Shown here in pieces: positions 51,151-64,000 of a stretch of DNA of 64,000 nt. Numbering within the stretch: the stretch's first letter is position 1; every line of letters starts with the position of its first letter. This DNA is from Felis catus. Its lineage: Eukaryota. The translations under genes and the position numbers were made by a program. The stretch lies in contig NC_058368.1 in the NCBI RefSeq assembly GCF_018350175.1, positions 190,776,001 through 190,840,000 of the forward strand. The letters run 5' to 3'. A model generated the notes under the pieces. That model had not been told where the DNA came from, searched no databases, and saw nothing but the letters and a program-made list of their open reading frames with translations.

Positions 51151-51885
51151 TCATGCTTAGGTATGAGGAACAAGTCTAATAGCTTAGTATAAGAAGAAAG
51201 AGTGGAAGGACAAGATGGTCAACTCAGGGAGGAAGATGAATACTAAGTGAGGTGCCTCTCTTGAAAAATGCCTTTCTTTATCTCATAACTATTTTCTCCA
51301 GTGAAGCAAAGATGAGTCACAAAGGCAGAAAAACAAAGTGAAAAGTCAAGCACCATCTTCATGCAGCATGCTAATTCGTGGATCTTCGATACCACACCTA
51401 AAAAGTATCATGCCCCAATTATTAAAGCCCTACTTGTCAATAAGGAACCTTCTTTTCTCCACAGAGGAGAAGTTCTCCAGCACACCCTGGCTTGGGCTTT
51501 AACTCAGAGGTAACCATGGGGCCAAACGAGGGAATTTAATAGTGATGTTTTATTTCAGTGACTCCTCCACAACTGAAGCCACTTGTCTGCACAAGCAAAC
51601 GAACAAAATCGAGTCATAAACCTCCCTTCACTGACTCTGGGAACAGGAGTGCTTGGTGATGTATCTGTGGTCTGAGGAATCTGAGGATAAATCAGTGGAC
51701 ATAAAGTCAGCTCTCACGGGGCTATCGGCGTGTCCCAGGCTCACCCTCCACAGGCATTAATGATGGCAGAAGTTTGGGGGAGAATGGGGGGGGGGAGTAA
51801 AGCCATCTTACAACTTATCACCAAAGCAACTAGAGTGTGAAGAAATCACCAGCATCTCTCCCTGCCTGCTCACAGCTGAAACACT

Positions 51886-51911
51886 TTTTTTTAATTTGTT
51901 TAATGTTTATT

Positions 51912-51962
<51 letters not shown>

Positions 51963-52112
51963 CAGAGAGAGAAGGAGACACAGAATCTGAAGCGGGCTCC
52001 AGGCTGTGAGCTTCAGCACAGAGCCCTATGTGGGGCTAGAACTCACGAACCGTGAGATCATGACCCTAGCCAAAGTCAGACACTTAACCGACTGGGCCAC
52101 CTGGGCGCCCCC
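51886..52112 (-). mobile_element. CanSINE with long (GA)n
   Basis: Reverse head ttaaccgactgggccacctgggcgcccc; TSD acagc(tg/cc)aaacact 51872-51885 / 52115-52128. Confidence 0.95.
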
Positions 52113-52279
52113 TAACAGCCCAAACACTCTTATCTGGAATGCCCATTTTCCTAGTTCTGTATGACCAAATCCTCCCCGTTCCTTAAAGACTGGATCCCCA
52201 TTTACTCAGCTAAGAAATACAATTTATCTGTGCTTCTCTCTTAGGATATGTGCACTTATAACCTTGTAGTACGGTTATG

Positions 52280-52510
52280 AGACAAAGCACAGTGGTTATG
52301 AGCTATAAGAGAGAGATGAGTGGTTTTAAATCCTGGATTCACTTCTAATTCTGTACATGAGTTTTTACTTATATTTTCCACACCTCAGTTTCCCCCATCT
52401 GTAACATTGATCTAATCATGGTAGAAACCTCATGGGCTTTATTGTGAAGATGGAGTGGGTCAATGTATGTACAACATTTGTGCTGCTTCCTGGCTTCAAT
52501 ATGCTGCTTG
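52280..52510 (+). mobile_element. MIR SINE
   Basis: cctcagtttcccccatctgtaac...acctcatgggctttattgtgaagat. Confidence 0.8.
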
Positions 52511-54229
52511 TTTTTATGATGATGATAACGGTTATTTGTGTTCAGTTTTCACTCACCTATGAGGCAGTAAATTTCTTGATGGCAGTGATGATTTTGTCCA
52601 CCTGTGAAGTAGGGTCATTTAGCAGAAAGAGTCTGGGCACCACAGTCAGAATTAGACATGAGAATTTCAGTCCAACAGCCTATCAGCTCTGAGTTTAGGC
52701 AATGGCACAGATAGCCAAGAGCTTGAGCAGCAATTAATGAATATTTAGTGTTTGAGCAAAGTACCTAAAGATCATGTCACCAAAGAAAAACCGATGCCTC
52801 CATTCACAGCAGACACAGTGACCTTGGCATAGTGCAATGAGGTGGTTAAGCGGATGAGACAAAATAACACACATATTTCTATCTAGCATATCCTATTTCT
52901 AGCTCATTTTACTTGAGTAGAATATATGCCTAGTAGATGCTAACACTTCTAGGTCTCTATCCTCTACCCCACCTGGGAATGTCTGTACAGACACCAAGCC
53001 AAGTCCATATCCTGCATGTAACAAGTGCTTGACAATTGTGTGTTTGATGGAATGAATGAAAATTTATAGCAAAATATGTTAAATTGTAAATAGGCATATA
53101 AAATACAGGGCTATAAAGTACCACCACATTTGCATCTAGGCTGATAATCTGAGCACATCCTGCTTTGCTGATGGACATACATCTTCTACATCCTGTTTTA
53201 CTGAGAAAAAAATCCCATGGAACAGATGTTTTCCTTTAGCAACAATCTGTGATCAAAGATGATAGTGTACCTTGTACAAGGTAATACCATACCTAAATGC
53301 TCATGGAGTAATAAATATTCCCCCAAATGTTAAACATATGCATTTCTCATATTTGGGTTTGTTTATTTACTTATTCACCTAGGAGTTTAAGCAATTGATT
53401 TTTGACTTTTGACATAGGGAAGGGAACGGGGTGGTGAAAAAAGAGATGGTCTAAATAACTTCCTGTCTGAGCTGGCAATTTTCTAATTTGAAAGCTCCTT
53501 AAATAGCTCAAGGCAGAAGTAAATTTTAAAGTGCTGTGATGCTTACCCAGAGATAGGGAATTTTAGAACATTATTTAAGGTTCTTCTGGAAACTTTGGAG
53601 CAGTCACCGCCTCCTGCAAGCTCACAGGATCTGCTCTTGTCCAGTGGCCTCTCTTCTACTCTTCACACTCACTCTGTTTACTCCCCAGCTCAGGGACAGT
53701 CACCTCAGCTGCCCCTACCAGTGACCATTCACTGATGCTTTCCAACACCCATCACTTGTGGGGGCACACTGCCTCACTTAATCATCCCACCAGAGTAATG
53801 AGGCAGGTCTTATTTTCCCAATCTTACAAATAAGGAAGACAATCAGAGAGGAAAAGTGACTTGGCTGAGATCACATGCTCAGCAGGTAGTTGAGCCAGCT
53901 CCCTTTACAAGGAAGACCAAACCTCTCAAACTATGACTTAATTATCAATATTCAATTTCTTCCACAATTATAGTCTTTGGCCTTTTATGCTTTCTTTTTG
54001 TCTTCCTTGCTTGCTCAGCAAATTCATCCTTGGATGTTTTCACGAACCAGCTTCTATTCAATTTGGAATTTTTGCTAACCCAAACACTAAATTTATATGA
54101 ATGGTGATTAGCTCAAAATGTAGGAGGTACGACCCCCAATTCAGGATAGGCCATACTTATCTATCTCTTTTCTTTCAAAGATTGTGCAGTGGATACCATG
54201 GTTAAAAACCCGACATCCACTCCACCAAT

Positions 54230-54625
54230 CTGATCTTATCCATACTGTCAGTAAGAAGCTCAGGGACTGGGGTGTAGAGTAGGGGTGTTAAGTCACATGG
54301 GGTCAACAATACATGAAGAGAAGGTTTGTGATGGTTCTTGGGAAAGTGAGTCAGGCTATTTGTCTATCACTGGACAAAATAAGGAAGCAGTTAGACACAG
54401 TTGCTGCCAATCACTGTCCTATAGCCCAGAAGGGAATCAGCACAATGCCACGGGTGACAGGGCCCAAAGTCCAGGAAGAATCAAGTCCATGATGACACCA
54501 AGAGCTACTGAGTCACCCAAAACTGGAATGTGACTTGCCTCAAGATCATCTGTCAGAGGAGCAAATAGGCTTCCTTCCTGTTCAAGCCGGTTTAAGTCTG
54601 CATATTTTGATCTTTGCCACAAAAG
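54230..54625 (+). mobile_element. Degenerate ERVL/MaLR-type LTR
   Basis: 3' end ttccttcctgttcaagccggtttaagtctg..ttttgatctttgccacaaaag resembles MLT1/LTR33 ends. Confidence 0.4.
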
Positions 54626-54785
54626 GCAAGATAATGGACAGAGATTTTAGTCTTTTTCCATTTACATATGCCTGAGTCCTTGAAGCTAATTTTCAGTTTT
54701 CCTCTCCTTTATTTATATAAAAATCCTACCAGCATTACCTCCATCTTTTTGTACAGTGATTCTTCTTTATAAAACATGTCTGTAA

Positions 54786-55004
54786 CAGTGGTTCTCAACC
54801 AGAATGGTTTTTGTCCCCCAAGGGATATATGGCATTGTCAGAGGTTGTTTTCAGTTGTCACAACTGAGGAGGGGGGGGATGCTGCTGTCATATGGTGGGT
54901 AGTGGCTAAGGATGCTGCTAAACATCCTACAATGCACAGGACTGTCCCCACAACAATGACTTCTCCATCTCCAAATATCAACAGTGCCAAGGTTGAGAAA
55001 CTTG
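54786..55004 (-). mobile_element. MER20-like hAT-Charlie element
   Basis: cagtggttctcaacc...gttgtcacaactg...ggatgctgctaaacatcctacaatgcacagg...agtgccaaggttgagaaac. Confidence 0.9.
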
Positions 55005-55887
55005 CTCTTGAAGGATGCACACTGGTCATTATGACTGTCTCTGTGGAGGGGAAATGGGTAGCTGCAGCAGATAGTGCCAAAAACTAAACAATTACTTTAA
55101 AATAAATCGTTGAATTAATTATGATATGTTTATAAAGGTGGGGAATTTTTACTCATTAAGAAACAAATGTGATTTTTCTTGTTTGAAAACCAGTGTATTT
55201 CTTCCTGCGAGACAATGCCACACTTTATCCAGTCACCTGTCCTGGGATTATACCAATGGCCTCCTGCTGATTTCACCTCCCAGATCTCTTTCCACTAAAG
55301 TATATTTTGCCCCATGTGATTTCTTTGCTGAATAACTTATTATACTTTTCTTGCCCTTCAAATCCTGGCTCCATTCCTGTCTATTCCATATTATTCCTAC
55401 ATGAAAACAACACATTTCACAAATTTTCAAGGTCTAGACAATTTTCATTTGTTCCACAAAGTTTTCTCTAACAACTTCAGCCCATGATGATCTATTTTTT
55501 TTGCCTCTATTGCATTTAGTGCCACAGAATTCAATGGAATAATCTAAAAATCATTCAGCATTAGGACTTCTCCCATGGATAATAAAGTCCACAGTGGAGG
55601 TTAAATAACTATATTTTACATTTTTCTTCCATTGTCCATAGAATATACCAAAGTGGTAGGCACACTGGCCTTCAAAAGACTTTCTAATAAAATACACACA
55701 TGCACATACAAATGTATACATGCCTGTTGGCCCTCCAACTAATGGGGCAAACTTAATTTTATGTGAGAAAAAAAGAAGAGAATAAAAATGACCCTCAACA
55801 CTTGTATATGTAACAAAGATACAGTAGATACATCAGAATCTCCTTCCATAAATAATTTTTTTTAGAGAACCACACCATCTAATTCTG

Positions 55888-56122
55888 AATTTTCCAGTTA
55901 TGTTTTATGATATGGTAATAAGTATTCCTGAAAAAAGGAGTTCCATGGTCAATCTAATTTGGCAAAGAAATTAAATAAAATCAAATGTGTTTTTCTATTG
56001 CAGAGCATCTTAGAATACCCTAACATTAATATCTAAGGGGGGACAGAGTATGCCATATTTTTAAGATGGATACCTCTCAGACATTTTTAAAGAATCCTTG
56101 ACAGATAGTTTTAAAAATTCTA
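55888..56122. mobile_element. MER103C-like hAT-Charlie MITE
   Basis: gttccatggtcaa..tttggcaaa...tttctattgcagagcatcttaga...aagggggg.cagagtatgc. Confidence 0.55.
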
Positions 56123-56486
56123 ATCCAAACTAATGCTTTCATTTTTAAAATTGAGAAGCTGGCACTCATGTGACACGCTGGTTAGTTACAGAACCAGGAT
56201 CTGAAGCTGGGTTTCCTGCTGTGGACTCCTTCCTCATCGCCTTTATTTTGTCACCTGAACTCTCTCAGTATCCTCCAGTGTACAACTCTACCACCCACAC
56301 AAGCTTCCACCTTTGAACCTGCATGACAAGCTAAGCATGCGTGATCCCGATTTGCTAGATGACAAAACTAAGGTCTCAAGACGCTTACAGTCTTGGTCAT
56401 AGCCCAAGGCTCTTGACTCCATGTTAATCCATTGCTCTTAGTACATTTCTCTTTCTTTTCTCTGCAGCAACAGAAATTACCCTTTT

Positions 56487-56516
56487 TTTAAAAAAATATA
56501 TATTTATTTATTTTGC

Positions 56517-56548
<32 letters not shown>

Positions 56549-56713
56549 AAGTGCAGGAGAGGCAGAGACAGGGGGGAGAGAGAGAATTCCAAGGAGGCTC
56601 CACACTGTCAGTGTAAAGCCTGACACAGGGCTTGAACTCACAAACAGTGAGATCATGACCTGAGCAAAAACCAAGCATCAGATACTTAACTGACTGAACC
56701 ACCCAAGCACCCC
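56487..56713 (-). mobile_element. CanSINE
   Basis: (GA)n, ggctccacactgtcagtg..., reverse head ttaactgactgaaccacccaagcacccc. Confidence 0.93.
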
Positions 56714-56726
56714 TGAAACGACTTTT

Positions 56727-56792
56727 TAAAAATGTTTATTTATTTATTCTGAGAGAGACAGAATGTATGTGTGCACACATGAGCAAGGAAGG

Positions 56793-56842
<50 letters not shown>

Positions 56843-56954
56843 CCCAAGTAGGCTCCACACTGTCTGTACAGGGCTCCAACTCACAAATGGTGAGATCATG
56901 ACCTGAGCTAAAATCAAGAGTGGGACATTTAACCAACTGTGTTACCCAGTGCCC
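56727..56954 (-). mobile_element. CanSINE, tandem to the preceding copy
   Basis: TSD tgaaa(c/t)gactttt 56714-56726 / 56955-56967. Confidence 0.93.
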
Positions 56955-58869
56955 TGAAATGACTTTTCGATAAAGCCTGGGTGTGGGGACATAGAATCTA
57001 CTGTCCCCTGGTATTAAAACACACAGTAGTCTCATTCTCATTACATTATTAAGTATTTTCATTTCATGGGATACATACCTAAATAAAACATTTACTACCC
57101 AGAATAATGGAATATTAAAACAAGGATGGATTTCAAGAACTATCTGATCCAACCTCCTTATTTCACGGTCAAAGGAAAGTGATGTGCTAAAAGGAGACAC
57201 AGCTTACAGAGTTTGCAGCTCAGCTGGCACTTGAATAGCTCACACAGTTAAAAGACTCCAAGGGCCAGCTCTGTGACCTCAGGCAAGTCACCTCACCTTG
57301 CCAGAATCTTTCTTTTTCTAAAAGGTGAGGCTATTCATATCCACTTCTCAATGTTAAGATTAAGGGAAATAAAGGAATGGCAACCTAACACGGTCAGTGA
57401 TAACAGCAGTTACTAATATCACTTTATGCATATACATGTTGAAATTCATAACTCAGAATAATATCAACAAATATCATCACTGCTATTACTTCCTGATGAA
57501 ATATCCCAGTGCCCATAGTTATGGGGGAAATGCCCTTATCTAGAATAGTTGCTTTTTCTTTGGCCTTTTCAGAAACCTACCTTTTACCTTCTTGGCCAAG
57601 TGTAAAACCAATCTGACCTTTATTTTTGTTTTGCTCCAGCTAACATGCCAACACTGTATTTATTTCATACTGGGTGGGAACAAAACCCAAATGACCTACC
57701 TCATGGGCCAAATAACAGTGAGTGGTGATGCCTGGGATTGATGGGAGTATACCTGTTAACCAAAAACCTTTCTATTCAATGTTCTAAAGACAGTGGGATG
57801 GCAAACACACTTTGCAAGACCATTGTGTAGTGGTTGAACACGAGATGTCTAATAATGTAGAACAAGCCATTTTTACCATCACCCTTGATAAATGTCCTTT
57901 ATCTTACTGGATTATTTTCCCAGTCCCTAAGCAACTGTTATTACAATAGTGTCCTGTCCCAATTTGGGAGGGGTGGGGGGAGTTGGAATTCAGAAAATTC
58001 TAATTTTAGGGAATGAAGAAAATGCTGTGTCTGGTTACTCTAGCCCACCCCTTGCTCTGAAACCTTCAGAAGCCCTCACTGAGTTTATGTGGAAGGCTCA
58101 GATGGAGAAATGTGGATTGTAGGGAGACTACCATCCATGTCTGGACATTCCAGACTTGTAGGGAAGAAATGACTGAAAATTGAATTTCATAATCTGGCAG
58201 TCCTCAAGTAATTTTCTTATTTGAGAGATGAACTGATATCCAGGTAGGTTGAGTGATCCACCCGAAGTTCCCACAGGAAATTACTTACAGGGTTAAGGAT
58301 TAGAAGGCCACTCTTTACTAGCCAGGCTGGCTCTTTACTGAACAATATTCAAATTTCTCCCTGGACTATGGAAAGACAAGATAATGATACATCTTGCCTG
58401 CTGCTTCTCTTTGATTTTCTTGCTAACGTCAACTAGACTAGGGGATATCACTTTGACTAAGTAACCACTCCTTGTTAGCTTGACGTTCAGGTCCCCCTCT
58501 TTATTTCTGTAATACACACTCATCTTGTTCCCCAAAGAGGAGAATTAATTTAGAAAATCCCTCTTCACTGGAATACACCCAGCTGAGCTTTCCAAGCTGC
58601 TTCTTGAAGAGATGCTGTTAATCTCTTAAATCCTTTAATGACAAAATTGCACTGGAAATGGAGCCAGTCCACTCTTTGGACAGACTCCACAGGGTCTACC
58701 ACAGTTTGTGGAAGTTTCCCTATAATCACAGAACAGCCACTTGACTGGACATGTTTTGGATGTTTGTCCTGAGAGTAAAGCCATAGAAGTGGGTCCAGCA
58801 AGTGCCACCTCAGAGCATCAAAGACTACCTTTGGGTCCCAGGGGTTATGACAGACATCACCAATGATAA

Positions 58870-59050
58870 AGATCACTCAAGTACTTATTATGTATGAACG
58901 CATGAGACTGGCATTATGGCCTAGACTCTTACTTTTATTATCCCATTTAATCCTCACAACCAACCCATGTGCTGGGTATTATTATTATCTCTAGTTTGCA
59001 GACAGGTCTTCTGCGGCTCAAAGAGAGTTAGTGACTTGCCCGAAATAAAG
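58870..59050 (-). mobile_element. MIR SINE
   Basis: catttaatcctcacaac...ggtattattattatc...gttagtgacttgccc. Confidence 0.8.
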
Positions 59051-59278
59051 ATGCCCAAACTCTAAATGGATTAGACTTACAGCACATGTCCTCCACAGCA
59101 CTGTGATACTGTCCAGTTTCCAGACAAGTACTGTGATTCAGGAGTGCTGTTTTACTCAACTTTTAAATGAAAGGGATCTGAACTCACATGATATTTTAAA
59201 CTGACTAGCACTTGGCAAGCATTTGTTGAATGAATGAATGAATGAATGGATTCTCTTGCATTCTTTCTTCTTCTACAT

Positions 59279-59447
59279 CAGTGGTTGTCAACAAGGGCAC
59301 TCGAGGGTGTCATGACTGGTGTATGTATGTGGTGCTACCAGCATCTACTGGGTAAAGGGCAGTGATCCTACAGTGCACTGGAGAGGTCCTCATAATAAAG
59401 GACTTTCCAATCCCAAATGTCAATGATGCTGAACTTGAGATGTCCTA
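59279..59447 (-). mobile_element. MER20-like element with internal deletions
   Basis: cagtggttgtcaac...gcatctactgggtaaaggg...cccaaatgtcaatgatgctgaacttgaga. Confidence 0.7.
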
Positions 59448-59809
59448 GTCTAGACAAAGGCAGCCAGGGTCCTGTTGATATATAAGCAGCTTCTTCTTCC
59501 TGGAGACATTTCTTAGACTCAGAATCTCCTTTGGTTTCTAGATCTAGGACTCTGCCTTGCCTTCATCTGGATATCAGGCTTTGGTCTACATCTTACATAC
59601 CTGCCTCTATAGTCCTGAATTCACAGATCTAGGTCATATGGTCTGCAGGTTCCACTCTCCAAAGATGGAGGACTAGTAGTCAGATCTCCTGTTTTGGAAT
59701 TCTTGCTCTGTAGTTGTCCCTAATTTGCTGTGATTCTCTGGGCAATTCTTTCTGGTGAGTCAGTGTTTTGATGCAGCCAAGCAGAAGTCATGAGGTTGGT
59801 TACTATTAA

Positions 59810-60050
59810 GGAGAGAGTATGGACTTGAGGTTAAGGCTTGCTTTAAATTCAGAGTGCCTGCATGGGAATGCTGGTTGTGCAGCTTATCAGCTTTAACACA
59901 AGTTACTCCACCTCTCTGAGGCTCACCTCACTGTTTCTTACCTGTAATAGAGGAATAATAACAGTTCCTACTTCCACTGGATTGCTAGAAGCAATACACG
60001 AATTAATATGTGTAATGCATATTACCTTGACAGTATATGAAGGAATGCTT
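59810..60050 (+). mobile_element. MIR SINE
   Basis: caagttact..cctctctgag...ctgtaatagaggaataataacagttcctacttc. Confidence 0.7.
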
Positions 60051-60404
60051 AACTTATTTTTTTCCAGAAAGCCGGTCGCACTTATACAAGCTGGTTTCGG
60101 AAAGTCAGATTGCACTTCCATAATGCAGATATATCATCCTGATAAATTCTTGCATTTAGATGTAGAATTCAAAGGTGACTATGTTTAATAGATCCAATGC
60201 AAACTAAACTACCTTGAAAGGTAAGCCAGTTATTGTCTAGAGGAGAAATGGTTGGCTTAAGACAAAGAGAAGTGGTGGGGGCTGTGTCAACCTGGGGATG
60301 GTGTTCCTTGCCAAAAGGCATTAAAAAAATTGACATCATCTACTTTTTCCTAAAACACATACATACATTTGCATATGCCTGTAAGTTTTCACTCACACGT
60401 GCAT

Positions 60405-60405
<1 letters not shown>

Positions 60406-60435
<30 letters not shown>
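60406..60435. repeat. (CA)15 microsatellite
   Basis: Pure CA run. Confidence 0.97.
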
Positions 60436-60438
<3 letters not shown>

Positions 60439-61169
60439 CCTCCAAAGTGAGCTTGCTGTTTTATAATTTGTTAACTCCTCCCCAAAGTTTTGATAACATT
60501 TAGTCTATACAGGTATCGTCTTTTCCATATAAGGTACATATAGTCACTTGCCCAAGATAAAGTTGCTCAAACTGTAAGTAGCTGAGGCCCAAAGTAGTTG
60601 GACTCAGAAAGTGTGATAAACACACACATACAAAGCCAAACAGAACAGAAGTCATCTTTCCAAACCCCGAATGGAATCCTCTAACTTAGCAGACAGTGAA
60701 TTCTCTTCCTTCCTTTTCAAGTCTTCCAACACCAACTATTTGGCAATTAATCTTGGAACTTCTGTTAGCATCCTTCAGTATGGCTTGTATTTAAAGTTTT
60801 AAGTATTCTGGGGGATGGGGAAAATGTATGTTTCACATCACCAGTTTGGCTCCAAGCATAATGGGGAGAGGAGGGAGTGTTTGCACACAGTAGGCAGGCA
60901 AATAAACCTGTTTTTTCTCCCTAACTTTTCCATTAATATTCTGTCTACTGTTATGATCAACCCATCTTTAAATACACTGGGTTTTTTACATTCACCAGCC
61001 TTTGAAACCTGTGGCATTTCACTAAAGGCAAATGTTTTCACTGATGATTAAAATCTATCACTTAACCAGTATATAATGAATATTCAACAGATGCCTACCA
61101 TAATACGAGTCACTTCTCAAGGAATAAAATATGGAGTGATGTGGCATTAGCTCAGTCCTCAGAAATAGC

Positions 61170-61415
61170 TTGATGTTGTAGAAAGAAATGAGACTTTAGG
61201 AACAGAAAGATCTGGTTTCCATTTCTGGTTTCCTCATTTGCCAACTCTGTAACCTTTGGTGGATTATTTAACTTTTCTAAGCCTTCATCTCCTTCTATGT
61301 AAAATGTACATGTCATGAGTTTTACTGCATAGTGTTGCCATGAAGTAGAAGATTAAATAGCATATGCAAGGTTAGCAGAGTTCCTGACACACATTAGGGG
61401 CTCCATTAATAGATT
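61170..61415 (+). mobile_element. MIR SINE
   Basis: ctctgtaacctttgg..atttaacttttctaagcct...tgtaaaatg...cctgacacacattag. Confidence 0.7.
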
Positions 61416-61496
61416 TCATTTCCCTCTCCTTCTCGTGGTGTCCTCCTTCACTGCCCTCCATTCACGCTAAGAATTTAATTTATGATCGTGGCAAGA

Positions 61497-61502
<6 letters not shown>

Positions 61503-61542
<40 letters not shown>
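61503..61542. repeat. (CA)20 microsatellite
   Basis: Pure CA run. Confidence 0.97.
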
Positions 61543-61543
<1 letters not shown>

Positions 61544-61549
61544 CCATTC

Positions 61550-62560
61550 CAACAGAAATCCAAGAATCTAAACTGAGTCCTCTCTTTCTCCTCTCCTTGT
61601 GTTCCCAGTAGTTGTCTCAGTAGCTCCCGTCAACTGTACCTTCAAAATACTTTCCAAGTCTCTCTACTCCCATCTTCTTTGCCACCATCCCATTCGGAGT
61701 TGCCATTATGTCTCTGTTGGACCATTGTACAGGTCTCCCCCAATGTCCCTGATACCGCTGTTGTTCCTTCCTGTGATCCATTTTTTACACATCAGTCACA
61801 AAAACAACACGCATCCTCTCCCAGCTTAAAATTCTCCCTGAGGGGTGCCTGGGTGGCTCAGTCGGTTGAACATCCCACTCTTGATTTCAGCTCAGGTCCT
61901 GATCTCATGGTTTCATGTGTTTAAACTCCACATCAGGCTCTGCACAACGGGAGCCTGCTTGGGATTCTCCCTCTCTGTCTCTCCCTCACTCGCAATCTCT
62001 CTTTCTCTCTTAAATTAAATAAATGAACTTAAAAAAAATCCTATCTCTAACTCTCTAGCTCATTTAGGATAAAACCCCAGCCTATCAACATTACCAATAC
62101 AGCTTTGGTTGTAGCTGTCATAATCAACTGGTTGTACTCAGCTTGTACAAATTTCCTTTCCAACTGCATTAGCCTTCTTTCTACTCCTCGAACATGTCAA
62201 GCTTTAGAACCTTGTGTCCATATTCCTTTGGTTTGAAACATCTTCCTCCTTTCTCTTGCCATGGCTGGCTTCTTTGGGTCTCAGAAATATTCTCTATAAC
62301 AACATCTAAATTAGACCCTTCTCTGTCATCTGTTACCATCTCTTCATACTCTGTCTTCTTCATAGCTCTTAAGAACAATTGACATTTGTTTTGTTGTTGT
62401 TGTTGTTTTGTTTATCTCCCGGACTAGATTATTAACTCCACGGAACTAAGAAAATGTGAATCTTTGGAAAAATTGTACTTCGAAGCTCATAGTTTCCTGC
62501 CCAGCACCCAGGGGGAGCTCAAGACATCTTTGTGGAAAATGTGAACAATTGATTGCCATT
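61550..62560 (+). mobile_element. L2 3' region interrupted by a CanSINE
   Basis: tgatccatttttt.cacatcagtc...gcttaaaattct | ...ttatctcccggactagatt...cccagcaccc..ggagctcaag. Confidence 0.65.
61842..62038 (+). mobile_element. CanSINE
   Basis: ggggtgcctgggtggctcagtcggttgaac head, (CT)-rich region, A tail; degenerate TSD. Confidence 0.92.
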
Positions 62561-62839
62561 AAATTCTGTAGGGCCAGCATGCTTGTGAGAAGGCAAATGG
62601 GTGAATACACACTACTACATTACTGCTTCTATTATGCAGAATATGGCCCATCAGGATTTGGCCAGCACTTTGGTATGTGACGAGACAGCAAACTCTGATG
62701 CAAAGTAATGATTGATACTTTTTAAACTGATCATGAGTTTAAGGTCCACCAATGCAAAGAAGCATTTAGGGTCTAGGATTATCAAGTGAATATTCAGAGG
62801 GAAATAGGCGTTAAATGTGTATTCAAGTGATGTGGCTTA

Positions 62840-62947
62840 GGGGCTCCTGGCTCCCTCAGTTGGTAGAGCATGCAACTCTTAATCTCTGGGTCATGAGTAT
62901 AAGCCCCATCATAGATGAAGAGATTACTTAAAAGAATAAATAAATAG
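62840..62947 (+). mobile_element. Short old-type CanSINE (tRNA-like head directly followed by A-rich tail)
   Basis: ggggctcctggctccctcagttggtagagcatgcaactcttaatctctgggtc..agcccca...gagattacttaaaa; TSD aagt(g/a)atgtggc 62825-62836 / 62948-62959. Confidence 0.85.
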
Positions 62948-64000
62948 AAGTAATGTGGCCTGGCTAAGTGTATACAAACAAAAGGGAAGACGTCTCCTGG
63001 AAGATGGATATCCAAGTACTGTCACAAATATTGGTTGGAGGAAAAAACAAAACAAAAAACAACAACAAAAAACATTTAGTGTATCAGTGACCTTCCTCAG
63101 AAAAAAATTGTAATTCTTACCTCTCCTTTAAATAACTTGCTATTAAATATAGGGATAAATCATAAATAAAATAAATAACAATTATAATATCTTCCTATCA
63201 TCCGAATGCCAAGAATGTGCTAAAGACTGTGCTAAGTGTTTTAGATGCATTTTTTTTCTACCTTATTTGTAGCCATATCAAGTGTGTGATAATTAAACAA
63301 TATGACACCATGGTCAAGGTTATGGACTTGAGAGCTGGGAGTCTGGGGATAAAATCCTAACTGTTTATAAAGCTTTGGGCAAATTAAAAATCTCTCAAAA
63401 CCTGTTACCCACATTTTGAAGGGGGGCTGTACATGTAAAAGAGAAAATGTATTATTCAGTTAATGTTCTACGTGGTACTTATAGGATTCTTGACTCTATG
63501 AGCTCATGTTCACATTTTACAATTGAGTAAAATGAAGCTTTGACAGCTTCAGCAATTTATCTGAGATCTACATTGTCCCAAAGACTATGGTTTTTCCAAT
63601 ATAACTTTATGCCCTTCAAAGGAAATCCATCTTTTGAAATGTGGCAGAGTTGGAACACACAAAAAGAGGGTGACCCACGTGTGCCAAGTCCAGCAGGCAC
63701 ATTTTCCTTTTTTTCCTACAGCCCCCAGAATCACCACTCAACACACAAAGGTTGGACACAAATATGGGCAGTGTAAGTGGGACCTTCTTTGCTATTACTT
63801 AAGAAGGACCGCATGGTGCTCTTTGTCAGGGTCTCCCCAAAGGCTCTGCTAAAGGGCCACAAATTACTATTTTCATTTTTGAGGCCCCTATGGTCCTTTG
63901 CCATAATACACATACCAACTGAGTTTAATACATGAAATTATTAGCTGTTACTTATAGCTTGATTAGAATTAGATTCCAATTAGGAATTACTTAGAAAAGA

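Noticed and set aside
56736..57200. 154-aa minus-strand ORF
   Set aside because: It runs through MIR-like and SINE sequence, including a (CT)n-derived SLSLSL tract.
58565..58876. 103-aa minus-strand ORF
   Set aside because: Non-ATG start at a MIR edge and no recognisable homology.
62840..62912. tRNA-like sequence
   Set aside because: It has an A-rich tail, a TSD and degenerate stems, so it is an old tRNA-derived CanSINE rather than a tRNA gene.
1..64000. CRISPR array, operon, defence island or CpG-island promoter
   Set aside because: The DNA is mammalian and CpG-depleted; no regularly spaced repeat-spacer array, long ORF cluster or CpG island is visible.

Overview
Mammalian non-coding DNA, almost certainly from a felid (cat lineage). 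It carries 19 carnivore tRNA-derived CanSINE copies or fragments, including young Felis-type copies. These sit on a dense background of ancient eutherian repeats: MIR, L2, old L1M fragments, hAT-Charlie MITEs (MER5/MER20/MER58/MER103C/Charlie4-like) and solo LTRs. I recognise no protein-coding exon, RNA gene or CpG-island promoter; the supplied ORFs are repeat-derived or chance. The window is most likely a large intron or an intergenic interval. The best observations are local and structural: (1) a perfect 34-bp inverted repeat in unique DNA bracketing a SINE; (2) nested or stacked SINE insertions whose order can be read from target-site duplications (TSDs), one forming a tail-to-tail dsRNA-capable pair; (3) an internal L1 ORF2 snippet lodged inside an older L1 3' UTR; (4) a nested 67-bp tandem duplication; (5) several repeat-free, enhancer-like blocks; and (6) three candidate cryptic exons. 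I cannot support a claim of a new biological system. Repeat subfamily names come from remembered consensus sequences, and old-repeat boundaries are approximate.
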